From an uncultured Mollicutes bacterium (lineage in GTDB: Bacteria > Bacillota_I > Bacilli_A > ML615J-28 > CAG-313), in assembly GCA_900539265.1 (NCBI GenBank), contig UQBM01000006.1, forward strand, positions 7,848 to 71,847: a stretch of 64,000 nt of DNA, written 5' to 3'. The notes under the pieces were generated by a model, which had not been told where the DNA came from, ran no database searches, and saw only the letters and a list, made by a program, of their open reading frames with translations. The translations under genes were made by a program, and so were the position numbers. Below are positions 28,816 to 37,715 of the stretch, piece after piece. Numbering within the stretch: the stretch's first letter is position 1; every line of letters starts with the position of its first letter.

Positions 28816-29607
28816 ATGGATTTTTATTATGTTAAAATAGCATTTTACGCAACTTTATTCACTTGGTTTGTTACTGCTTTAGGTGCATCAATGGTTTTTT
28901 TATTTAAAAAAGTCTCAAATAAAATTATGTCATTAATGTTTGGCTTTGGAGCAGGCGTAATGATTGCAGCATCATTTTTTAGTTTAATTCTTCCTGGAAT
29001 TGAATTAGCTGATGAAATGAATCAAATTAGTTATTTAGTAATAGGGTTTGGGGTTTTATTTGGCGGAGTATTAATCTTTTTAATTGATGTTTTTATTCCT
29101 CATATGCATATAAATAAAGAAACTCCTGAAGGAATGAGTTCATCTTGGAGTCGTAAAATTTTGCTCGTGTTAGCAATTACTTTACACAATATTCCCGAAG
29201 GACTAGCTATTGGAGTAGCATTTGGAACAATTGCCACAGGTCTTGAAGGTGCATCACTTGCTTCAGCTTGGATTCTTGCAATTGGTATTGGTTTACAGAA
29301 TTTTCCTGAAGGAATGGCAGTTAGTGTTCCATTAAGAAGTGAGGGAATTTCAAGAAAAAAGGCCTTTTTTTACGGTCAAGCAAGTGGTATGGTTGAGCCT
29401 ATTAGTGCTGTAATAGGTGCCATTTTAGTAACGTTCATTAAACCAATTCTACCATTTGTATTAGGATTTGCAGCGGGCGCTATGATATATGTTGTGGCAG
29501 AAGAACTGATTCCATCAGGAAAAACATCAAAAAAAGATAAATTTGGTACAATTGGTGTAATGATTGGTTTTATTTTGATGATGGTTTTAGATATTGCCCT
29601 TGGATAA
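28816..29607 (+). CDS. zupT: ZIP-family metal (zinc) transporter
   Basis: HNIPEGLAIGVAFG and LQNFPEGMAVSVPL are ZIP signature helices. Confidence 0.85.
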   Translation: MDFYYVKIAFYATLFTWFVTALGASMVFLFKKVSNKIMSLMFGFGAGVMIAASFFSLILPGIELADEMNQISYLVIGFGVLFGGVLIFLIDVFIPHMHINKETPEGMSSSWSRKILLVLAITLHNIPEGLAIGVAFGTIATGLEGASLASAWILAIGIGLQNFPEGMAVSVPLRSEGISRKKAFFYGQASGMVEPISAVIGAILVTFIKPILPFVLGFAAGAMIYVVAEELIPSGKTSKKDKFGTIGVMIGFILMMVLDIALG

Positions 29608-29716
29608 GAATAAAATAAAATGGAAAGCACTTATAAAAGTGCTTTTTAAAATGAGTTGAATAAAGAAAACTGCTGTTTCCAGCAGTCTTGAAAAATAAGG
29701 AATATGGCTAAGGGTA

Positions 29717-29754
29717 GTACCAGTAGTAGCTTAATACTACTGGTACGTTTTGTT
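29717..29754. terminator. Strong 12-bp-stem hairpin terminator. Two weaker hairpins lie at 29624-29650 and 29670-29685.
   Basis: gtaccagtagta gcttaa tactactggtac followed by gttttgtt. Confidence 0.6.
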
Positions 29755-29757
29755 AAT

Positions 29758-30195
29758 CTAAATTAATTGTGAACAAAGAGTATCACAGTTAATTGGATCA
29801 AAACATTGAACAACCCCAATACAAGAGATTCTCACTACAATAGTATAAGTTGTACAAGTTATTTCACCAGTTTCATCATCTTCAGTAAGTAATCTTAAAA
29901 CAACCGTTTCATCATTTCTAACCTCTTCAACTCTAAATAAGTTAGCGGTTGTCCCGGTTGTTCCTACAGCTGCTTCAAATCTTGTGCCATTGCAACAAAT
30001 ATATATTGCAATTGGTTTGGTATTGAACATTGATGAAATCATACAGTTATCGCATTGGTTTGTGGCGTTAGCGATAATAGCCTCTTTTTGTAATTGATCA
30101 ATTCTTTTTAATAATTGCGCAATTGTACCATTATTGGCATTGCTTATATTAGTACTAGTACTAGTTGTAGTTACTCCATTCCCAAAACAAGCCAT
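29758..30195 (-). CDS. Cys-rich spore coat protein, CotZ/CotY family-like
   Basis: Similar to B. subtilis CotZ: LFRVEEVRNDETVVLRLL (compare FFRVERVHGSCATLSLL) and a C-terminal CIGVVQCFDPINC. The N-terminus is Thr/Ser-rich. Confidence 0.5.
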   Translation of the reverse strand: MACFGNGVTTTSTSTNISNANNGTIAQLLKRIDQLQKEAIIANATNQCDNCMISSMFNTKPIAIYICCNGTRFEAAVGTTGTTANLFRVEEVRNDETVVLRLLTEDDETGEITCTTYTIVVRISCIGVVQCFDPINCDTLCSQLI

Positions 30196-30216
30196 ATTTG
30201 CACCTCACTTTCAATG

Positions 30217-30245
30217 TATAGTATGAAAAAGGTTTTGAAATGTTT
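30217..30245 (-). promoter_or_regulatory. Sigma-K-like promoter (AC-16-CATACTATA) for the CotZ-like gene
   Basis: CATACTATA on the minus strand matches the sigma-K -10 CATAnnnTA. Confidence 0.35.
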
Positions 30246-30274
30246 TGTTTTATTACCTATAAATCACATGTTAC

Positions 30275-30303
30275 TTGCAAAAAATGGTAAAAGAGCGTAT
30301 AAT
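30275..30303 (+). promoter_or_regulatory. Sigma-A promoter TTGCAA-17-TATAAT
   Basis: ttgcaa aaaatggtaaaagagcg tataat. It lies ahead of the EIIB-like gene. Confidence 0.5.
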
Positions 30304-30331
30304 ATAAATATAATGAAAGGAAGATTTTATT

Positions 30332-30691
30332 ATGATATCTTTAGATTTAGTTTCTGATCCTCAAATGAGATTAGTATTTTTTATTGTATTTGGTTGTTGT
30401 TTTATTCCGATTTTTGCTTTAGTCATTGTATGCTTTATAAAATTATTATTAAAACAAAAAAAACGTGTGACCAAAAGTAAAAATATCTCAAGTATTCGGT
30501 ATTTAGACTATTTTGGAGGAGATGATAATATTATCTCTGTAACCAAAAATTTATCGAGAGTGACAGTTATTGTTAAAGATGTAGAATTAGTCAATTTAGA
30601 AAGTATTAAAAATCAAGGAATTGGTGTAATGATTACAGGAAATACTATCAAGTGTTCTTCACAAGAATTTGCAGACCAGATAAAAGAATAA
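30332..30691 (+). CDS. Membrane-anchored PTS EIIB-like domain protein. The catalytic Cys is replaced, so it is probably non-catalytic.
   Basis: An N-terminal TM helix is followed by a domain that aligns to glucose-family EIIB. GGDDNIISVTKNLSRVTVIVKD aligns with [22 protein letters not shown] of E. coli PtsG, with the active-site Cys replaced by Asn. Confidence 0.55.
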   Translation: MISLDLVSDPQMRLVFFIVFGCCFIPIFALVIVCFIKLLLKQKKRVTKSKNISSIRYLDYFGGDDNIISVTKNLSRVTVIVKDVELVNLESIKNQGIGVMITGNTIKCSSQEFADQIKE

Positions 30692-30734
30692 AAGTCATTA
30701 TTTATTATGATAAAATAATGACTTCTGTTCTTTG

Positions 30735-30941
30735 TTAATTTAAACTTTGAGTTACTTTTGTAGCAAGTGTTTCTTTAAAAGATGCATCTGAAGATTTCCA
30801 AAGTACTTCAAATAAAACTCCAAGACCTGGTAATACTTTTTCTTCTTTAGTAGTCGTTGCATCTTCAATAGTTTTAAAAACTTCATCGGTTGTTGCATTT
30901 TTTAAATTATCGATAACTGCTTTTCTAATACTAATATCCAT
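30735..30941 (-). CDS. sspI: Small acid-soluble spore protein SspI
   Basis: KVLPGLGVLFEVLW is near-identical to B. subtilis SspI KMLPGLGVLFEVIW. It is 68 aa. Confidence 0.85.
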   Translation of the reverse strand: MDISIRKAVIDNLKNATTDEVFKTIEDATTTKEEKVLPGLGVLFEVLWKSSDASFKETLATKVTQSLN

Positions 30942-30961
30942 AATATACCTCCTATTAAGTT

Positions 30962-30991
30962 TATTATGGACAATAAAAATAAGATTTATAC
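30962..30991 (-). promoter_or_regulatory. Forespore (sigma-G/sigma-F-type) promoter GTATA-18-CATAATA for sspI
   Basis: Minus-strand gtata ... cataata matches sigma-G -35 GnATA / -10 CATnnTA. Confidence 0.45.
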
Positions 30992-31008
30992 GAAAGGAAT
31001 ATAATTAT

Positions 31009-32373
31009 ATGGATTTTAAAAAGATTGTTTATGATAATCAAGAGAAGATTATTAAAACGTTTCAGGGATTATTAAAAATACCAAGTGTTTTAGATTATGA
31101 TTCTGCAACTCCTAAAATGCCATTTGGAAAAGATATCAATAATGCATTGATATATATGTTAGAACTTGCTAAAAAAGATGGCTTTATTGTTATAAATGAT
31201 GATGGATATGCAGGAGAAATTAGTTATAAAACCTCTGATTCAAAGGAGTCAGTTGGTATTTTATGTCATTTAGATGTGGTTCCTGCTGGGAATAAGTGGA
31301 CTTACCCACCATACGAGGCAAGAATAGTTGATGGTAAAATTTATGCTAGAGGTACGACGGATGATAAAGGTCCCACAATTGCTAGTTATTTTGCCTTAAA
31401 GTTTATTAAAGATGCCAATATTAAATTAAAAAAAGAAATAAAAATAATCTTAGGGACAGATGAAGAAACAAGTTGGCGTGGAATAGAACATTATTTAAAA
31501 AAATATCCAATGCCTTCAGTGGGCTTTGCTCCAGATTGTAGTTTTCCACTTGTTTATGGTGAAAAAGGGCGAATGTCTTTTGATCTTTCCACACAAGATT
31601 TTAATGATGAGGTGGTAGAATCAATTAAAGGTGGAGATCGTTATAATGTTGTTATGGATGAAGTTGTGGCTATTCTTAAGGTCAATTTGGCAAAAGAATT
31701 TAATGAATATCTTCATAAACATTCATTAAAAGGTTTTGTTAAAGATAATAAATATACAATTGAAGGAGTTGCGGCTCATGCAATGGAACCAGAAAAGGGA
31801 ATAAATGCAGGACTTCATATGTGTAATTTCTTAAAAGATTATTCTAAACATCCTTTAATTAAATTTCTAGCAACATATTTTTATGATGATCCTTATTTTA
31901 AAAAGATGAATTTAGATTATGATGATTTTGAAATGGGTCCAATTACTGTTAATATTGGTATAATGGAAATTTCTTGCCATAATGTAAGAGTTACTTTAGA
32001 TAGTAGATTTCCAGTTCGATATGATATAGATCGATTTAATCAAATATTCAATGAACTGCTCATAAAGTATAATCTTTTTATTGCCACAAAAACATATAAA
32101 AATCCACATTATGTTAATCCTAATGATGAACTTGTAAAATTATTATATGAGGCATATGTTAAAAATACTGGTGATACCATTAACAAGCCATTTACAGTAG
32201 GAGGGGGAACATATGCAGGAATCTTGGATAAAGGTGTTGCTTATGGTATGGGATTTCCAGGTGAATTAGATCTAGCACATCAAAAAGATGAATGTCTTGC
32301 TATTGAAAGTTTATTGAAAGGTATTTTAATCTATATTGATGCTATTTTATCACTAGGTGAAATTGATGCGTAG
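31009..32373 (+). CDS. pepV: Dipeptidase PepV (M20 family)
   Basis: HLDVVPAG ... YARGTTDDKGP is typical of M20/PepV. Confidence 0.85.
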   Translation: MDFKKIVYDNQEKIIKTFQGLLKIPSVLDYDSATPKMPFGKDINNALIYMLELAKKDGFIVINDDGYAGEISYKTSDSKESVGILCHLDVVPAGNKWTYPPYEARIVDGKIYARGTTDDKGPTIASYFALKFIKDANIKLKKEIKIILGTDEETSWRGIEHYLKKYPMPSVGFAPDCSFPLVYGEKGRMSFDLSTQDFNDEVVESIKGGDRYNVVMDEVVAILKVNLAKEFNEYLHKHSLKGFVKDNKYTIEGVAAHAMEPEKGINAGLHMCNFLKDYSKHPLIKFLATYFYDDPYFKKMNLDYDDFEMGPITVNIGIMEISCHNVRVTLDSRFPVRYDIDRFNQIFNELLIKYNLFIATKTYKNPHYVNPNDELVKLLYEAYVKNTGDTINKPFTVGGGTYAGILDKGVAYGMGFPGELDLAHQKDECLAIESLLKGILIYIDAILSLGEIDA

Positions 32374-32998
32374 AAGAAATGTCAAAAATGCTCAAAGGAG
32401 AATTGAGAATCATTTAGATTTGCTTATTAAGAATCCACAAGATTACAAAGGAAAATGGCAAAAATTCTTTAATAATAATAATCCTATTTATTTAGAGATT
32501 GGTATGGGAAAAGGGAGATTTTTACTAGAACATGCTAATCATAATCCTAATATTAATTATATTGGTTTAGAAAAATTTGCTAGTGTAATTGTTCAAGCGG
32601 TTGAAAAAATATCTGTATCTCATTTATCAAATATCAAATTAATTAATGATGATGCTACAAAAATTCTTGAATTTTTTGATCAAAAAGAAATTCAAAAAAT
32701 TTATTTAAATTTTAGTGATCCTTGGCCCAAAAATCGCCATGAAAAAAGAAGACTAACTTATAAGAAATTTTTAGAAAAATATGAAATTATTTTAAATGGT
32801 GACTTAGAAATGAAAACGGATAATCAAGCCTTATTTGAATATAGTCTAATTTCTTTTAATCAAGAACATTGGAAATTTTTAGATTTAAGTTTGGATCTCC
32901 ATAATCGAAGTGTTGATGAAATGATTATTTTAACAGAGTATGAAGAAAGGTTTATTAAAAAGGGAAATAGGATATATTTTCTAAAAGCCAAAAAATAG
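32366..32998 (+). CDS. trmB: tRNA (guanine46-N7)-methyltransferase
   Basis: NPQDYKGKWQKFF ... LEIGMGKGRF ... FSDPWPK. The start is either the ATG at 32366 after an RBS (aggtga) or the GTG at 32357. It overlaps the pepV stop. Confidence 0.85.
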   Translation: MRRRNVKNAQRRIENHLDLLIKNPQDYKGKWQKFFNNNNPIYLEIGMGKGRFLLEHANHNPNINYIGLEKFASVIVQAVEKISVSHLSNIKLINDDATKILEFFDQKEIQKIYLNFSDPWPKNRHEKRRLTYKKFLEKYEIILNGDLEMKTDNQALFEYSLISFNQEHWKFLDLSLDLHNRSVDEMIILTEYEERFIKKGNRIYFLKAKK

Positions 32999-33010
32999 AA
33001 AGGAAAAATT

Positions 33011-33556
33011 ATGAAAGGAATAATTCTATTAGCTAATCATTTTGAAGATGTGGAAGCTCTAATTACAATTGATATGTTGAGAAGAGCTAAAATAGAAATT
33101 GATTTAGTTAGTATAACAGAAGATTATAATTTAGTTACTCAATCAGGTGTTAGATTGCAAGCAGATCATTTAATTAGTGAAATTGATTTAGATGAGTATG
33201 CTTTTTTAATAATACCAGGTGGTAAAGCTGTCTTTGAAACTCATTTAAATTCGAATATTACTAAAAATTGTATAAAATTATTTTATAAAAAGCAAAAATT
33301 GATTGCTACTATTTGTGCTGCACCATTAATTTTAGATTCATTAGGAATATTAAAAGATAAAGAATATGTATGTTTTCCTAGTTGTGAAAAAAGCATTGAT
33401 GGTATTTATAAAGAAAATGAAAAAGTTGTTGTAAGTAATAATATTATTACTTCAAAAGCGGCAGGAACAACATTTGATTTTGCTTTTGCTATCATTAAAT
33501 ATTTACTTAATGAAGAAATGGCTAATATAGTTTTAAATAATGTTTATTATAAGTAA
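33011..33556 (+). CDS. DJ-1/PfpI-family protein
   Basis: The conserved Cys region LIATICAAPLIL is present. Confidence 0.8.
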   Translation: MKGIILLANHFEDVEALITIDMLRRAKIEIDLVSITEDYNLVTQSGVRLQADHLISEIDLDEYAFLIIPGGKAVFETHLNSNITKNCIKLFYKKQKLIATICAAPLILDSLGILKDKEYVCFPSCEKSIDGIYKENEKVVVSNNIITSKAAGTTFDFAFAIIKYLLNEEMANIVLNNVYYK

Positions 33557-33636
33557 AATTAAGATGATATTAACAATAAAGTTAATATCTTTTTAATTAA
33601 AGAAAAAATTTAATCATATAATTTAATGGTGATTAA

Positions 33637-34413
33637 ATGGAATATATTGGAATTTTTCAAGGTGGTGGAATGAAAGGTATCGCTTATATTGGTGCCCTCA
33701 TTGCTCTTGAAGAAAATGGTTTTACATGTAAAAAAGCTGCTGGAACTAGTGTTGGGGCAATTATTGCAGGTTTAGTAGCAGCAGGGTATAATGGTCAAGA
33801 AATGCTTTATATAATAAATAATTTAGATTTTAAAACATTAGTCAAAAGTGAACCTAATAAAATAAAAAGTTTAATAAGTGATAAAGGTTTATATTCTACC
33901 TTTCATCTCGAAGAAGAAATTGATTATTTATTAAGGATTAAAGGAATTTATACTTTCAATAATTTAAGATTAGAAAATGATTATAAATTAAAAGTAGTAG
34001 GTACAAATGCTCAAAAGTATAAACAAATTATTTTCCCTGATGATTTATCAATATATCAAATAAATCCTAATCTTTTTCCTGTATCTAAAGCAATTATAAT
34101 GAGTGCTAGTTATCCAGGATATTTCAAACCACTTAAATTAATTAATGATTATGTATTAGATGGTGGTTTATGTAATAATTTTCCTTGTAATGTTTTTAAA
34201 TATAAAGATAATGATTTAGTAATAGGTTTTCAACTATTGCAAAAAGAATTAAAAAATATTCCTCCATATATTAATTTAATAAAAATAAACACTAATGGTT
34301 CAAAAATTTTAAATTTTAAAATGTCTAAAGAAGAACAAGGGAAGTTACTGAGAAGAGGCTATCAGGAAGGTTTGAAAATGGTAGGTAAAATTATTGAGAG
34401 ATATCATTCTTAA
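33637..34413 (+). CDS. Patatin-like phospholipase
   Basis: GGGMKG ... GTSVGA (G-x-S-x-G) plus a DGG motif. Confidence 0.8.
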   Translation: MEYIGIFQGGGMKGIAYIGALIALEENGFTCKKAAGTSVGAIIAGLVAAGYNGQEMLYIINNLDFKTLVKSEPNKIKSLISDKGLYSTFHLEEEIDYLLRIKGIYTFNNLRLENDYKLKVVGTNAQKYKQIIFPDDLSIYQINPNLFPVSKAIIMSASYPGYFKPLKLINDYVLDGGLCNNFPCNVFKYKDNDLVIGFQLLQKELKNIPPYINLIKINTNGSKILNFKMSKEEQGKLLRRGYQEGLKMVGKIIERYHS

Positions 34414-34473
34414 AAATGGAAAAATAAGAAAAATCTAAGATTTTGAATACAATATATGTATAGAGGTATTAAA

Positions 34474-35277
34474 ATGATAAAACTAATTGCAATAGATTTA
34501 GATGGAACATTACTAGATGATGATAAACATATTAGTCTTGAAAATAAAATGGCAATTCAAAAAGCTAAAAAATGTGGTATAAAAATAATAATTGCTAGTG
34601 GAAGACCCTATTTTAGAGTAAAAGATATCTTGCAACAATTAGATTTAAATAATAATAGTAATTATGTTATTACTTATAATGGTGGTTGTATACTTATTGG
34701 TGATAATAGTAAAATTATTTATGAGGAAAGATTGTCTAATAAAGATATTTGCGAAATTATTAACTTTTTAGATAAATATAAATGTGGTATTTATTTATAT
34801 TGTGAAGATCATATTTTTAGATTAAACCAAAATTTAAAAATTGCTAATCTAAAAATTTTTAATAAAGTTCAGTTTGAAGAAAAAACAATCGGTGAATTAA
34901 AAAAAATGAATTATGCTAATAAAATTATTTTAGCAGATGAAGTGGAAATAATTGATGAAATCAAAACAAAAATTCCCAAACAATTTAATAATCAATATAA
35001 TATTGTAAGAAGTACTCCTTATTTTTTAGAATTTTTACCAATTAATGTTTCTAAAGGCAATGCTATAGAAATTTTAGCAAAGATTCTTAAAATAAACAAA
35101 GAAGAAGTTATGGTTATTGGTGATGAAGAAAATGATTTGTCAATGTTTAATTATGCAAAAATAAAAGTTGCAATGAAAAATGCTAACTTTCAAATCAAAA
35201 AAAGAGCCGATTTTATTACAGAATCTAATAACAATAGTGGAGTTGCAAAAGCAATTGAAAAACTTATATTCAACTAA
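34474..35277 (+). CDS. Cof-type HAD-IIB family hydrolase
   Basis: IAIDLDGTLL ... VIGDEENDLSMF. An RBS (gaggt) precedes the ATG at 34474; the ORF track starts at 34456. Confidence 0.85.
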   Translation: MIKLIAIDLDGTLLDDDKHISLENKMAIQKAKKCGIKIIIASGRPYFRVKDILQQLDLNNNSNYVITYNGGCILIGDNSKIIYEERLSNKDICEIINFLDKYKCGIYLYCEDHIFRLNQNLKIANLKIFNKVQFEEKTIGELKKMNYANKIILADEVEIIDEIKTKIPKQFNNQYNIVRSTPYFLEFLPINVSKGNAIEILAKILKINKEEVMVIGDEENDLSMFNYAKIKVAMKNANFQIKKRADFITESNNNSGVAKAIEKLIFN

Positions 35278-35449
35278 AAGACTAATATATTAAGTATGAT
35301 AAAATATTTTTAGTAAAAGTGAAAAAAAGAAGTAAAAACTTTACAAAATAGTAAAAATATGATATAATAAATAAGTATGAATATAGTTTATATTCAGCCT
35401 TGCTTTATATTTTATTATAAGGCCGTAAGTCCAAAAGGAGGTGCAAAAA

Positions 35450-35731
35450 ATGAAAAAATACGAAGTTATGTATATCGTTCGCCCTAACGTTGAAGAAGAA
35501 GCTAGAAAGGCTTTGATTGAAGAAATCAATACCGTTTTTGTTACAAAAAATTCTACGGTGGATAACGTTAAAGAATGGGGTATGAGAGAATTAGCTTATG
35601 AGATTAAAGGGGAGACAAAAGGTTATTATGTATTATTGAATGTAACCGCAACACCTGAAGCAGTTAAAGAGTTTGAACGTATAGCTAATATCAAAGAGAA
35701 TATTATTCGTTACATCACTGTAGCTGAATAG
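35450..35731 (+). CDS. rpsF: 30S ribosomal protein S6
   Basis: MKKYEVMYIVRP. The RBS aaaggaggt precedes the ATG at 35450. Confidence 0.9.
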   Translation: MKKYEVMYIVRPNVEEEARKALIEEINTVFVTKNSTVDNVKEWGMRELAYEIKGETKGYYVLLNVTATPEAVKEFERIANIKENIIRYITVAE

Positions 35732-35741
35732 GAGGAACATT

Positions 35742-36248
35742 ATGAATCGTGTTATTTTAGTAGGAAGAATTACCAAAGATCCCGAACTTAGAACTTCACC
35801 AAATAATGTTTCATTTACAGCATTTTCAATTGCTGTAAATCGTATAGCTCCTTCTCCTAATGGAGAACGTGAAGCTGATTTTATCAATTGCGTAGCTTTT
35901 AATAAGCAAGCAGAAAACTTATGTCGATTTATCAAAAAAGGTGGACAAATAGGAGTAGAAGGAAAACTTCAAACAAGAAGATATATGGCTCAAGATGGGT
36001 CAAATAGAGTAGCTACTGAAGTTATTTGTGATAATATTCATTTTCTTGAGCCGAAGAGTGCTAGTCAAGGTGGATATAATGATTATTCATCATATGAGAC
36101 ATCTTATATACAAACACCTTTTCAACAACAAACTCCAATATCACAACCACAAAATAATAATCTTCATCAATTAGAATCGAAGAGAACTAATCAATATGAT
36201 GAAGTTAAAAAACAATTTGATATTTCTGATGATGACTTACCATTCTAG
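35742..36248 (+). CDS. ssb: Single-stranded DNA-binding protein
   Basis: An OB fold followed by an acidic tail ending DDDLPF. Confidence 0.9.
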   Translation: MNRVILVGRITKDPELRTSPNNVSFTAFSIAVNRIAPSPNGEREADFINCVAFNKQAENLCRFIKKGGQIGVEGKLQTRRYMAQDGSNRVATEVICDNIHFLEPKSASQGGYNDYSSYETSYIQTPFQQQTPISQPQNNNLHQLESKRTNQYDEVKKQFDISDDDLPF

Positions 36249-36262
36249 GAGGAAAATAATAT

Positions 36263-36484
36263 ATGGCAACTTTTAAAAGACGTAAAAAGACTTGTTATTT
36301 TACCGACAATAAAGTAAAAAAAATAGATTGGAAAGATGTTGATCTTTTAAAAAGATTTGTATCAGATCGTGGAAAAATTTTACCTCGTCGTATAACAGGG
36401 ACCAAAGCTATTTATCAAAGAGAACTTGCAATAGCTATTAAACGTGCTCGTCATATGGGATTATTACCATTTGTTAGAGAATAG
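36263..36484 (+). CDS. rpsR: 30S ribosomal protein S18
   Basis: [10 protein letters not shown] ... LPRRITGT. Confidence 0.9.
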   Translation: MATFKRRKKTCYFTDNKVKKIDWKDVDLLKRFVSDRGKILPRRITGTKAIYQRELAIAIKRARHMGLLPFVRE

Positions 36485-36494
36485 TTATTTAGAG

Positions 36495-36520
36495 CAACAC
36501 AATGATTGTGTTGTTTTTTA
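36495..36520 (+). terminator. Terminator after rpsR
   Basis: caacacaat ... attgtgttg followed by a T run. Confidence 0.65.
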
Positions 36521-36694
36521 TTTTTTTGTTAAAAAAATGCTCTCCAAATAAGAGAATTGAATTCTCTTCTAATTTTAATAATTAGATAGTTAAAATAATA
36601 AAAATATATTGCTAAAAAATAATATTAAGAGTATAATTAAATTTGTAATACAAAGTATAGTTATAATATTTATTTTAAAGGAGGGTTAATTGTA

Positions 36695-37582
36695 ATGAAT
36701 AATTTTGTAATTACATGTTGTTCAACTGTTGATTTAGAAAAGGAATATTTAGAAAACAGGAATATTTCATATGTTTGTTTTCACTATACTCTTGATGGTG
36801 TTGAATATCCTGATGATTTGGGAGTATCGATTTCTGCAGATGCCTTTTTTGATAAAATAGCAAAAGGTGCAACTCCAACAACTTCACAAGTAAATAGTGA
36901 ACAATATATTAAATTTTGGGAGCCTTTTTTGGAAAAAGGACAAAATATTTTACATGTAACACTTTCATCTGGTATATCTGGTTCATATAATTCGGCAATT
37001 CTTGCAAAAAGATATTTAGAAGAAAAATATCCTAATTTAAAAATTAATGTGGTTGATTCTTTAGGGGCATCAAGTGGTTATGGGCTTTTAATGAGTTATT
37101 TGGCAGATTTAAGGGATGAGGGAAAGACTTTTGAAGAATGTTATGAATGGGTAGAATCAAATAAATTAAATGTTCATCATTGGTTTTTTTCAACAGATTT
37201 GACTAGTTATAAAAGAGGTGGTCGAATTTCCACAACTAGTTTTTTCCTTGGGCAACTTCTAAAAATATGTCCTTTATTAAATATGGATAATTTAGGTCGT
37301 TTGATACCAAGAAAAAAGGTAAGAACAAAAGAGAAGACAATGATTGAAATTGTAAAACGGATGGAGGAACATGCTCAAGATGGATATAATTATAGTGGTA
37401 AATGTTATATGTGTCATTCAGCATGTTTAGATGATGCCAAAAAAGTTGCAAGTATGGTAGAAGCAAAATTTCCTAATCTAAATGGTCATGTTGTAATCAA
37501 TAATATTGGGACCGTAATTGGATCTCATACAGGTCCTGGAACTATTGCTTTATTTTTTATGGGAGATAAAAGAGAAAATTAG
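36695..37582 (+). CDS. DegV-family (fatty-acid-binding, EDD fold) protein
   Basis: Its length and the N-terminus VITCCSTVDL are typical of the DegV family. Confidence 0.7.
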   Translation: MNNFVITCCSTVDLEKEYLENRNISYVCFHYTLDGVEYPDDLGVSISADAFFDKIAKGATPTTSQVNSEQYIKFWEPFLEKGQNILHVTLSSGISGSYNSAILAKRYLEEKYPNLKINVVDSLGASSGYGLLMSYLADLRDEGKTFEECYEWVESNKLNVHHWFFSTDLTSYKRGGRISTTSFFLGQLLKICPLLNMDNLGRLIPRKKVRTKEKTMIEIVKRMEEHAQDGYNYSGKCYMCHSACLDDAKKVASMVEAKFPNLNGHVVINNIGTVIGSHTGPGTIALFFMGDKREN

Positions 37583-37601
37583 ATTATTTTCTCTTTTTTT
37601 A
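37571..37601 (+). terminator. Terminator overlapping the DegV stop codon
   Basis: agagaaaat tagatt attttctct followed by ttttttt. Confidence 0.65.
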
Positions 37602-37715
37602 GGAATTTTTTGCTTGGTAAAATTTTTAAAATTCAAAAAAAATATTGATAAAGTTGAATAAAAAAAGCAAATGTGGTATAATAAAATATCAATTATGCCC
37701 AAAAGAGGTATTAAC

